From: Eledone cirrhosa
Lineage: Eukaryota
Assembly: GCA_964016885.1 (NCBI GenBank)
Contig: OZ024740.1
Span: 159,960,001 to 160,024,000 of the forward strand
Length of the DNA: 64,000 nucleotides
Direction: 5' to 3'
Shown piece after piece: positions 1 through 11,587 of the stretch. The notes below the pieces were generated by a model. It was not told the DNA's origin and ran no database searches. It saw nothing but the letters and a program-made list of their open reading frames with translations. Every line of letters starts with the position of its first letter. Position 1 is the stretch's first letter. The position numbers and the translations under genes were made by a program.

Positions 1-76
<76 letters not shown>

Positions 77-78
<2 letters not shown>

Positions 79-942
79 AGGTGTGTCAGAAAAGTACTAG
101 GACTGATGTCACAAAAGATTTGTTTCAAACCCATACTTCAGACTAACAGTTTTGTTCTTCAAAGTAATCACCCTGGAGTATGTAACTGTACTCTTAGCTC
201 TCTGCAGCGATCAAACTTTTTTCTTCATAATTTTTGTCCTCTGTTTCAGGTCGTCAAACAATGAGCACAGAGCAACGAAGAAACTTGAAGTTTCTGGTAC
301 GGTTGGGAAAAACTCCGTCAGAAGCACTGGGATTGCTGCAGCAAATGTATGGAGATGAGACGATGTCAGGCTCACGTATTTTTGAGTGGTGCAAGAGGTT
401 TAAAGAAGGACGCGAGGATGTGGAAGTTGACCCCAGGAGCAGAAGGCCCTCAACAACCAGGATCGTCGGCTGACTGTTCGACGGATTGCAAATGAGCTGG
501 GCATGAATCGGGACAATGTCTGGAAAATTCTCACTGAAGATTTGGACATGCGAAAACTCTGCGCGAAGTTGGTGCCAAAACTGCTGAACAATGACCAGAA
601 GGGTCGACGCATGCAAATGTGCCAGGACATCCTCGAGCATCTTGAAACCAAACCAGACTTGCTAGGGACAGTCATCACCGGTGATAAGTCATGGATCTTC
701 GAGTACGAACCGGAGGGGACCTGTTTTGGAGACATGGACAACATCAAAAAGGCTGTGACGACTGAACTGCGGAGGATCCCGGAAGAAATCCTTCCAGGAC
801 TGCATGCAAACTTTGCAGAAAAGGATGGAAAAGTGCATTAGACTCCAGGGGGATTACTTTGAAGGAGAAAACTCTATGTGAAGTTTGGGTTTGAAATAAA
901 TCTTTCGTGACATCAGTCCTGGAACTTTTCTGACACACCTCA
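77..942 (+). mobile_element. Mariner-type (Tc1/mariner) DNA transposon, internally deleted and frameshifted
   Basis: ~65-bp TIRs (GAGGTGTGTCAGAAAAG... at 78; reverse complement ending 941) flanked by TA. Transposase fragments EQRRNLKFLVRLGKT...IFEWCKRFKEGREDVE (HTH) and KLVPKLL...VITGDKSWIFEYEPE. Most of the catalytic domain is missing. Confidence 0.92.
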
Positions 943-960
<18 letters not shown>

Positions 961-978
<18 letters not shown>

Positions 979-1297
979 AAACTGAGGATATCTATCTGTC
1001 TGTGAGTTTGAATCTCTAAAACTCGAGAAGTACCCAGCCGATTTTTTTTTAAACGTTACATGTTTATTACTTATGTTTCATAAAATTCCACTTTTTATGG
1101 CTTCGGGCCTGCATTAAGTGAAAACGTGCATTTTTCTTGCTTCGTCGAGGAAAATCTTAGAGATTATCCACCCATGAGTGTATCGGTTTATTTTCTTTAC
1201 ATATTGTCAAGGCATGCAGTTTTTCAAACGATTAGGTCTGTTGGCGGACTGAGTTCCAAAATATCTTATCCCGGGCAACGCCTGGTACCACTGCTAA
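961..1297 (+). mobile_element. Non-autonomous Helitron-like element
   Basis: 5' TATATAAAACTGAG...CTGTCTGT, subterminal GC hairpin CCCGGGCAACGCCTGG (1270-1285) and CTAA|T (CTRR) 3' end. Confidence 0.65.
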
Positions 1298-1414
1298 TAT
1301 ATATATATATATATATGCATATATATATATGCATATATATATATATACGCATATATATATACATATGTATGTATATATATGTATGCATATGTGTATATAT
1401 ATATATATATATGC

Positions 1415-1509
<95 letters not shown>

Positions 1510-1598
1510 CATATATATATATATATGTATACATATATATATATATATATATATATATGCATATGTGTATAAATACATATATATATATATATATATGC

Positions 1599-1675
<77 letters not shown>

Positions 1676-1737
1676 TATATATATATATATGTGTATACAT
1701 ATATATATATATGTATACATATATATATATATATGTA

Positions 1738-1776
<39 letters not shown>
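1298..1776. repeat. (TA)n/(TATG)n microsatellite; similar tracts at 3205-3480, 4060-4400, 4585-4860, 24030-24436, 25696-25920, 26958-27735, 33215-33410, 34262-35128 and 35787-35990
   Basis: Directly visible; source of the YIYI pseudo-ORFs. Confidence 0.98.
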
Positions 1777-2299
1777 GGTTATACTTGGGGAGGGTCATAT
1801 TTGTGTAATATTGCCAGAATTAATAACAGAACACACTCACTGTTTGGTTGGTTTTCGCTTCTCGCTGTCTTTTATATCTGCGATCTAACTTAATCGGTCC
1901 TCAATGTTGCCATTGACTGACCGACGGTCAAAAATAATACAGATACAATATAGACACAAACACATATATATAGTTTACATAATTTACATAAATCTTTCGT
2001 TGCACATCTGCAACATCGTCAGTGGTGTTATATTTTTTCCTCCTGTTGTGTTGTATGTCTACGCCATTTTTTATTCAGTCTGTCTATATATTTATTTATT
2101 TATTTGCTTGTTTGTTTATTTTATTTTGTCTTCTTTGCGCATGCGTTTGCGTGTGTGTATAGTGTTACGTTTTCTGTGTGACTAGTGTGTATAGTGTTGT
2201 GTCTGCTGGGTGACTAGTGTATGTTTATGTGCTTGTTGTTATTGTGCTTGTGTATGTATTTATTTATCTTATTTTATTTTATTTTATTTACTTATTTAT

Positions 2300-2570
2300 A
2301 CTTCTCTTAGGTCAGTGTTGTTTGTTTGGGTGTTGTTGTTGTTCCACTCATTCTTTCTGTTTAGCTTTGGTCTTCTAATTTCTATTTCACTGGCCTCTCT
2401 GATTTGCCTATCTGCTGGGTCATTCCTATGTTTAGATATTATTCTAATTTCTATGTTGTCTATGTTACCGTCATGTTGTTGTCTAGCATGTTCGTATAGT
2501 ACTGACCCGTTTTTACGTCCTTTTAGTTCCCCCCAGTATTGGTCTATTCTTTCACCTATGCTACGAGCTG
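2300..2570 (-). mobile_element. Penelope-like element fragment (GIY-YIG endonuclease C-terminal half)
   Basis: Minus strand reads ARSIGERIDQYWGELKGRKNGSVLYEHARQQHDGNIDNIEIRIISKHRNDPADRQIREASEIEIRRPKLNRKNEW; homologous to 5243-5550. Confidence 0.8.
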
Positions 2571-2600
2571 TATATATGCATCTCTCTCTCTATATATATA

Positions 2601-2711
2601 GTATTCCAATGATTTGATCATAGGTAAACACTGTATTTCAGGTTGAGTGACGCGACATTGAGTGATTAGCGGCATTTAGACTCACCTGATCAATGAAACA
2701 ATTGTTAATAC
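2601..2711 (+). ncRNA. Degenerate type I hammerhead ribozyme (Penelope-type)
   Basis: GTATT-CCAATGA (mutated CUGAUGA)-TTTGATCA...TGATCAAT-GAAA-CAATTG-TT-AATAC; stems I and II pair and stem III is palindromic. Confidence 0.6.
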
Positions 2712-2790
2712 TGTAAATAAAACCCTTTTTGTACAGGTGACCATGTTATTCTTCAGTCTTTCACTACTATATATATATATATATATATAT

Positions 2791-3172
2791 TGATAAAAGG
2801 AATTCCAACTTTGTCTGATTTATTCGTTTTATTTACAATCCTTTAAAATTTATAATGGTATTAGAATGAAATAGTATGGTAGAATATTAAATGTTAAGTG
2901 TTAATTGAACAAGTACTTTCATGCTTTCGCAATCTTCAGGTTCATATTCTGTGGTGACAGTCAAGTTTGCAATTTTCAACTGTTCAACAGTTGAAAATTG
3001 CAAACTTGACTGTCACCACAGAATATGAACCTGAAGATTGCGAAAGCATGAAAGTACTTGTTCAATTAACACTGAACATTTAATATTCTACCATACTTTT
3101 TCATTAGAATATCATTATAATTTTACAGGATTGTAAATAAAACGAGTAAATCAGACAATTCCTTTTATTAAT
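2791..3172. repeat. Long palindrome (inverted Penelope-type pLTR pair), centre 2985
   Basis: 2897-2984 is the exact reverse complement of 2986-3073; outer arms are about 10% diverged. Confidence 0.95.
3026..3064 (+). ncRNA. Minimal type I hammerhead ribozyme (mirror copy at 2906-2944, minus strand)
   Basis: TGAAC-CTGAAGA-T-TGC GAAA GCA-T-GAAA-GTAC-TT-GTTCA: stem I, core, GNRA-capped stem II, palindromic stem III. Confidence 0.8.
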
Positions 3173-3480
3173 ATAATCTTCTATACACAAACATACACAC
3201 CCGTGTATATTTATCTATCTATATATATATATGTGTATATATATATGTGTATATATATATATATATATATGCATAGATATATATGCATGCATATATATAT
3301 ATATATATATATATATGCATAGATATATATGTATGCATATGTATATATATATATATATATATGCATAGATATATATGTATGCATATGTATATATATATAT
3401 ATGTATGTATGCATATGGATATATATATATATATATGTATGCATATGTATATATATATATATATATATATAGATATATAT

Positions 3481-4060
3481 ACGTATGGTCACGTGATGCG
3501 CATGAAAGACGACAGCTGCATAAAAAAGTGCAGGGCGATCAAAATTGATGGTAGTTACGGAGTAGGTAGACCCAGAAAAACCTGGGATGATCTGATAAAT
3601 TCCGACCTCACACACTTACATCTCTCCAAGACAATGTCTCTGGACCGAGATTTTTGGCGCTACACAGTGATACAGAAGACCCGTCTTGCCTATGTACAAA
3701 GCGAAACCTACAGTCAAGTAGGCACCTCTTAACCAAATATACACCCCAATCTACTACCCCTACCCTATCCTCCCACTCCCACCAACAGCATAAGAAAATT
3801 AGATCGTGTTCGTGTAGGTGTCACAACAAAAAAAAACACACACAGTCCATGCTTTAATGTGGCCGTGTAGGTAACACGGTAAAAAGTTCCCAGTTCCACA
3901 CTGTAAATGTGGTTGGAAGGGCATCCAGCCGTAGAAAACCTGCTAAATAGTCCTATATGAGCGACACATAGTCACCCGACCAACCTTGCCTCAAGTGGGA
4001 AACCTCCCATCTAACCCATGCTAGCGTGGAAGATGGATGTTAAACGAAGATGATGATGAT
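3481..4060 (+). mobile_element. RTE LINE 3' fragment (family B)
   Basis: [16 protein letters not shown]...[15 protein letters not shown]...RDFWR, 3'UTR and (GAT)n tail; homologous to 40469-43380. Confidence 0.9.
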
Positions 4061-4096
4061 AGATATATATGTATATGCATAGATATATATGTATGC

Positions 4097-4163
<67 letters not shown>

Positions 4164-4364
4164 TAGATATATATGTATGCTTATGTATATATATATATAT
4201 ATATATATGCATAGATATATATGTATGCTTATGTATATATATATAGATATGTCTATGCATAGATATATATGTATGCATATGTATATATATATATATATAT
4301 ATATGCATAGATATATATGTATGCTTATGTATATATATAATATGCATAGATATATATGTATGCT

Positions 4365-4400
<36 letters not shown>

Positions 4401-4403
<3 letters not shown>

Positions 4404-4565
4404 GATATTAAACAAATGGAAACTATATTTATAAAACCATATTTATTTCATTATACATATTTCAGGGATACCATATTAAAAATATGGCATGCCTTCGTCA
4501 GATAAAATACAATATATAAACAGTTTTATAAATAATTTTGACGTACCATAAATATGAGTGACCAT
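4401..4565 (-). mobile_element. Penelope-type terminal fragment with hammerhead-like motif (about 4451-4508)
   Basis: Minus strand: TTTTAT-CTGACGA-AGGCATGCCATATT TTT AATATGGTATCCCT-GAAA-TATG-TA. The terminal 45 bp recur at 7553-7597. Confidence 0.6.
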
Positions 4566-4583
4566 TAAGGTATGAAGCTGGTT

Positions 4584-4647
<64 letters not shown>

Positions 4648-4914
4648 TAGATATATATCTATGCTTATGTATATATATATATAGATATATATGTATGCTT
4701 ATGTATATATATACATACATATATATATGTGTATGCTTATGTATATATATAAGTGTATGCATATGTATATATATATGTATGCATATGTATATATATATAT
4801 GTATGCATATATATGCATATGTATATGTACACACACATACATATGTTTATATATACAGAGAGAGAGCGAGTGAGAGAGACAGTGAGACGGTCAATTATTG
4901 TTAAGTCTTTGTAT

Positions 4915-5240
4915 TTTCTTTCTTATTCTTTGCTTCTGCATTCTTGAGAGTGCTGTGGGAGCAGAGTCCTCAACAATGCCTTCCAGTATTTCCTGTCAGA
5001 AGCAAACATATCACATTGATCCAGCTAGATCCTGAAGCAAAACCAGCAGAACTCATAGATGTTAATCCAACTGTCTTGTTCAGTATCTACCTCTGAGTAT
5101 CTTACTAGTTGGTTTTGCTTCAAAAGGTCTTTGTAGAGCTGCTACAATATTACAAACATGTGCTTACAATGTCTCAGGAAAGGATAACTGTACAGGTTTT
5201 ACAGGCTAAACCATGGCTGCATTTCAACAAAAGCAAACTT
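4915..5240 (-). mobile_element. Degraded RTE-like LINE 3' end
   Basis: Similar to 59145-59480 (CCTGTCAGAAGCAA...TGATCC.GCT...AGTTGGTTTTGC). Confidence 0.5.
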
Positions 5241-5242
5241 GC

Positions 5243-5675
5243 TATTCCATTCATTTTTTTCTGTTCAACTTTGGTTTTCTTAGTTCTATTTCAGTTGCTT
5301 CTCTGATTTGTCTACCTATTGAGTCATTTCTATGTTTAGATATTTTAATTTCTGTGTTGTCTACATTACTGTCATGTCTTTGCCTGGCATGTTCATATAG
5401 TACCGAACCGTCTTTTTGTCCTTTTAGTTCCCCCCAGTGTTGGTTTATTCTCTCTCCTATGCTTCGAGCTGTTTCACCTATGTATGTCATTGTCATGTTT
5501 CTACAAGTACCCTCTGTACATCTTATGCTATAGACTAGATTCCTAGTTTTACATAGAAATGACTCAACAGGTAGACAAATCAGAGAAACAACTGAAATAG
5601 AACTGAGAAAACCGAAGTTGAACAGAAAAAATGAATGGAATAACAATCATACACAAACACACAATACTGACCTAA

Positions 5676-5680
<5 letters not shown>
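5243..5680 (-). mobile_element. Penelope-like element GIY-YIG fragment with inverted duplication
   Basis: NLVYSIRC..TC....YIGETARSIGERINQH...LYEH...RQIREATEIELRKPKLNRK. 5551-5643 is an inverted copy of 5243-5335. Confidence 0.88.
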
Positions 5681-5716
<36 letters not shown>

Positions 5717-6399
5717 AATATATAATGGTCTATATAAAATAAAAACATTTTAAAGTGAAACTTAGTTATATTATACTTCATATATACACTCTGCTATACC
5801 ACCTCCATTAAAGAAAATTATTGAATAACCTATATATATATATATACCCACACACACACACACAGACAGACAGTGAACTTAAGAGAGAGACAGATTGTAG
5901 ACTGTATATCATGGAAAACCAAAAGAAGAGTGTTCCGTCTGTATCTATTATTCATCAAAATGTCTTTTAATCTAATTTATCTAATGTATTATTGGCTGTC
6001 TGTCTCCCTTTCTTTTATTTAAAGCTTCCATTCTTCCTTGTTGGTTAACCAATTACTGTTGATATGTATTCAATATAAGAAGGAAGGCGAAACTATAATT
6101 TTTTAGAATGAATAGAAAACATTTTAAAAAGGCCTCTTTGTTCTGAAGATGGAGTAGATATGATATGATCAAAACAAAGAGAAAACTCAGAGGAGAAAAA
6201 AGAACCTCATTGAGAAGGTCATACGATGTGTGATGAAAGAGATTTGACAATCAACAATTGAACAATTACCCAGTTATTAAACTGACTAATGAATGTATTG
6301 CTCAACTAATATTAAACTCAACTGGTGTGTGTGTGTGTTTCTATTGGCAGCATTACCCTCCCAAATTATAACAATATATGTGTCAACACATGATTTCAT

Positions 6400-7115
6400 A
6401 TAAAAAATCATTCAAAACAAATACAAAATTGAAGTACATATATAGTTATAGTGGAGATTTTATAATGTTAGGATTACATTGATTGATTTCCCTCTCGACT
6501 TCACCCAATTTGTAGTCCAATGAATTCTGGTCTGGAAAGCTAGGGGGCTGTATGTATTTGAGGTGATGTGATTGTGGAGATTGTAACACATCCATACTTG
6601 GATGTGTTGCCAGAAACTTTGAGTGCAGGATTGTTGTAACGTCTTTAGCGTCTCTGGATAGCCATCTGTCATTCCTTCGGTTGACCTTTTGGTCGTGATC
6701 AAAGTTTTTCTCATCAGAGAAAAACCAAAGTATTCCAGGCATTGATGTTTCAATTTGTTCAACAAATATTTTGCCCCGATCAGACAGTTATCTTTTGCCT
6801 TTGCAGATATGAATTGGCCTCTCCTTATCACATGACTTGTATCAAAGGTTTTCTTATGCAATTCTTTTTATCTTGTGCTTTGCAACTGTGCATTCCTTAA
6901 CAATGGCATTAATTGACTTTCTCAGATTTTTATCGATGATTTCCTACAACTTTTATTCAAATCTGGGTGTTCTGATTCTATTAGGAAACTTAGCAGGTGT
7001 TTTACGTTTTGTTACTGCTGTAAAATTCCCATCTGTGGCTTCCAGCTCTTTGCAAACTTTAGCAATAAATTACCAAACAACTTTCAGAAAGCTAGCAATC
7101 TCTAAATAACTATGC
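6400..7115 (-). mobile_element. Degraded maT/DD37D Tc1-mariner transposase remnant
   Basis: LLNKLKH..PGILWFFSDEKNFDHDQKVNRRNDRW, with frameshifts. Confidence 0.8.
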
Positions 7116-7610
7116 TCTTCCTTTAACACATTAGCATTGACACTACTCTATATTTACTATGATATTTTCATGCTAAAGGCTTTACCTCACATAATTATCT
7201 CACGAAACAAAGGTTAAGGGTCCTCCTAACCCTTTGTTTGGTAAGCTTTCTGTAGCTGGGTATCTTTCCTATCACCAACCACTTTACAGTGTGTACTGGG
7301 TACATTTAGAGTGTCGATCATCAACACTATGGAGGCTGTCATGCCTTTGACACAACTGAAGGGCTACTCTCAATCCTTTCTATGGCAAGCTATGTATGGC
7401 TGGATGCCCTTCCTATCAGCAACAACTTTACAGTATGTACTGGGGGTGTGTTTATACTAGGGAAGCTGTCATGTTGTCATGTGCTTGACACAACATAAAG
7501 GTCCTCCCAACCAAATATATATTTGTTTGTGTGTGTATATATATATATACACAATGATATTAAATAAATGGAAATTATATTTATAAAACCATATTTAATT
7601 ACCACTTCTA

Positions 7611-7654
<44 letters not shown>

Positions 7655-8222
7655 TGTATAACAGTAGACATCCTCATCATAAAGCTGATATGAAAAGAGT
7701 TAAGAAAGATGTAAGATTCTTGACAATGCTTTGTGTGAACCAGGTGAATATGACCTTGGAATATTTGTTCTTGGTTAAGCGATTTCTGATTTACGTACAA
7801 AGTTGTTAGATCATAAAAAAAGAAAGGTATTTATGTTAGCTATTCCCCTTTCACAGCTGTTTCATTCCTTTACCGGCAAATAGCTTTTTGACATAGGTCT
7901 CACTTGCTGTTAATGGTTTTTTATGGATTTCATTCTGATAAAAGAGAGTGATACGAACATAAACGAAGTCCATCGTTTTGTTTCTGCTACAAATGAGCCT
8001 AATTGGTGAATTGTGTATGGCAGTAGGCTTCATGGATATATATATAGATAGATAGAGAGAAATGTATAGATATGTCTATTTCATGATTCCCTTGACTATT
8101 TTTCACATTTAATTTCTCTTTGTTAAGTACAGTTTGTGAACAATGCATATTCATTATTCACATACATTTGACTAGTCAATACATACACACATTCACACAA
8201 ACATGTGTATATATATATATAT

Positions 8223-8614
8223 GGAGGCACATGGCTTAGTGGTTAGAGCATTGGGCTTGCAATTGAAAGGTTGTGAGTTCAATTCTCAGACCGGGTGATG
8301 TGTTGTTTCCTTGAGCAAGACACTTTATTTCACATTGTTCCAGTTTACTCAGCTGTAGAAATGAGATGATAGGGACTGGGGTCCCTATCATTCCACTGCA
8401 AAGTGGTCATGGAGGTGCCACGGCAAAAAAATCACCCAGCCCACACTGTTAAGTTGACGTGTAGGTTCCACGGAAAAAAAGCACCCACCACTCACTGTAA
8501 ATGAGGTTGGTGTTAGGAAGGGCATCTAGCTGTAGAAATCAAGCCAGAATCAGTTCCCGTCCCACCCTTGCAAGCAGGGAAAAGTGGACATAAAATGATG
8601 ATGATGATGATGAT
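8223..8614 (+). mobile_element. tRNA-derived SINE (family 1) with RTE-derived 3' tail
   Basis: A box TGGCTTAGTGG, B box GAGTTCAATTC, core CCTTGAGCAAGACACTT, tail CCCGTCCCACCCTTGCAAGCAGGGAAAAG..(GAT)n. Confidence 0.9.
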
Positions 8615-11399
8615 ATATGTGTGTGTGTGTGTGTGTGTGTATATATAATCATACATATATGCAAATTTATTTGCATACTTGTATGTATATACATGCACCT
8701 AATCATACAAAGAAAGTAATCTATATCTACTTGGATGTAATGGAATGAAATTAAATGCATATATATATATACGCACACAAATATATATATAGTTGAAGAA
8801 TAAACAAGACAAATACTGAGATGCAAAACATAATATATAGGTGTAGCTATATATTTAGAGAAATAAGTGACAGCATGTGTGTGTGTAATGCAATTAATGT
8901 AAGAGCTTAAAAGAGTTAGAAGTCACTTCATTGTAAGAACAAATTAGAAAGAAAAGCAGTTTAACAGAGCTGTGGTTCCTTCCTATAAAATTTGGCATAA
9001 AACATTTAAGAGCTAGAATTTATTACAGCAGATAAGAAATAGATATATGGAATACTTGGCTGGAAGTAGAAGTTGCAAGCAACCTGTAATTTCTTGAAAG
9101 TAGTCAAACACAAATAAGAATAAGAGACAATTCTAATAAAATGCTGCAGCAAAAGTTTTGAAGGCATTTGTTTCTCCTTGCATGCCCCTTGACAGGGGTT
9201 ATGACCAACATAAGGTCATTTTTCAAATCATTATTTCCCATCTAGATGCCCTTCCAACACTTTTAGTTGCCTCTGAAGACATGCCAGTTTATGAAATACT
9301 GCAAGTGTTTTAAGTGTTTTAAGCCCTTGTGAACCGCATGAAAGCTTTTACACTCATCCATTATGAAGCAAAGTTTTATAGCCAGATGTCCTTCCTCGTA
9401 CTAACTGTTTTAGATGCCTTTTGCAACATGCAAGGTTTTTATACCTATTTTAAACCAGATGTACACAGTCCAGTCACAACTCAATAATGACACAAATATC
9501 ATATTCTTTTTTATAAGAATTTAAAGTAGCAAATTAGCAAAGCCATTAGAGCATAAAATAAAATATTTTTTGATATTTCATCCAGTTCTCTGTGCTTCAA
9601 GTTCAAATCTTGCCATGGTCAACTTTGCATTTCTTCATTTTTAAGTTGATAAAATAAAGTACTAACACAAGGTGGTAGATTGGCATTGATAATAGAGCAT
9701 TGGATGAAATGCCTTGTGGTGTTTGATTTGTCTCTTTGTGTTCTGAGTTCAAATCCTTTTGAAGCCTACTTAGGTGGCAGACTTTATCTGTTGCTTGATT
9801 TAGTACCATCATCAGGCAATTGGTTGACTTTAACAGAATCCATTCTGTTGCAAGCATCAGTGCAAATCCTGGTTTGATAATAACTTCCTTCTTACCATTC
9901 TCTCACCATCATTCTTATGACAAAAGACCAAAATTTAAAGCTCTTTGTTTCTTTGTTACAGTGAGAAATTAATTAACTTGAAATGTTCTTTATTTTTGTT
10001 TCTGAAACCTTTTTGGACATATTCCAAATTTATTGTAAAATATTTGAGACAATTGAAAGTTACTCTTTTACTCTTTTACCTGTTTCAGCCATCCGGCTGA
10101 GGCCATGCTGGGGCACCGCCATCCATTATTTTATTCTGAAAAGACAAAAAAAGACAAATAATAATAATAGTATACTCAGTAACTATCAGTAGTATTATTT
10201 GAGAAATTTATCTTTAGAACTTCCATTCTAGAAGTAAAGTAAATTTGGTAAAGTGGAAATTATTTTCTGATTGCGTTTAAAATTTGTTCAAAAACTCTTC
10301 ATAATAGATTAGTAATTTAACACCTGTACACTGTTACATAGTTTGAAATATGTTGAGATAATTTTTTTTTTACTTTGTTTATTTACTTACTCATTTTATT
10401 TATTTATTTTATATTATGTTTTGTGAATATTTGAAGATAGTATAATGATGTGAGTGACAGGGGAGTTTCTGTGCATCTTGGGTGGAACATATTATTACAA
10501 GGGTATATTTGTTTAAAAGCACAAGCTTAAATATTTTCTCACTAATATTTACATCTTATGTCAATATACAACAGTGAAAGATACACACACATGCACACAT
10601 ATAAATATACACATACACGCAGTTTCCAGGTTGATTGATGATATGTCAGTTGCAATGATGAGTGTACAAGAACTACTCACTCATAGCATTACAGTGTCTA
10701 TTCTAAAATCACTCATACACTCTATGTAATCCTCTCATAGAATCAACAAGGCACTGTATATGACAAGGCTGATATTTTGAATTACAGATAGTCCGTCATT
10801 TATTATATATCATATAAGTACATTCTACAGTCATTTGTACACTGAATGTAATTCAAAAGCAGAATCAATGTAATACTACTGTATGACAAGTTTGGTATGT
10901 TGATTTAGAGATACAGCCCATCTGGTATAGAGTACAGGTGGCTGTGTATTCTGCAGATGCATGTACCCTTAATATAATCATCAGGCAGTATCAGCATTGC
11001 AATGTATATGAAAAATGTCATTTTGAATTACAGATATAGTCCATCTAGTATTTAACTAACCCATCTGCATATTTAACCGACATGTATGCTGTTAAAATAT
11101 TCATCCAACAGAATTAGCATTACTCTATTTACTAGTGTATTTTCACAGTAAAGGCTTTACCTCACATTATCTAACATAATATTGAATCTATGAGATTTTG
11201 AGATTTGTTTTAGAATAATACCTTAGCATTGGTATGAGTGACCGGTTATGTTCAGTTTCAATAGAAAAAGGTGAGAGAATTCTGGCCAGATACAGCCAGT
11301 TTAAATGTTAAAAGGTTAAACTATATATCAAGGCTCACCCAGGGCAGATTAAAACCTTTAGATGCCCTAAGCACTGAAAGAAATATGGTATGCCTATAT

Positions 11400-11587
11400 A
11401 ATTGTTTCTACTTTAGGCACAAGGCCAACAATTACCCAGTACATTACTGGTACTTTATTTTATCGAACCCGTAAGGATGAAAGGCAAAGTTAACCTCGGT
11501 GGGATTTGAACTCAGACTGTAAAGGACGTAACTATGCTAGAAAGCATGGCGTCCAACCCTCTACCGATACTGCCAATTCACCACCCT
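11400..11587 (-). mobile_element. tRNA-derived SINE (family 2)
   Basis: Near-identical to 22341-22526 and 38157-38345. Minus-strand GAGTTCAAATCCC B box; flanking repeat GTATGCCTATATAAT. Confidence 0.8.

Noticed and set aside
8223-8295. tRNA gene
   Set aside because: tRNA-like head of a multi-copy SINE, with no proper cloverleaf or terminator.
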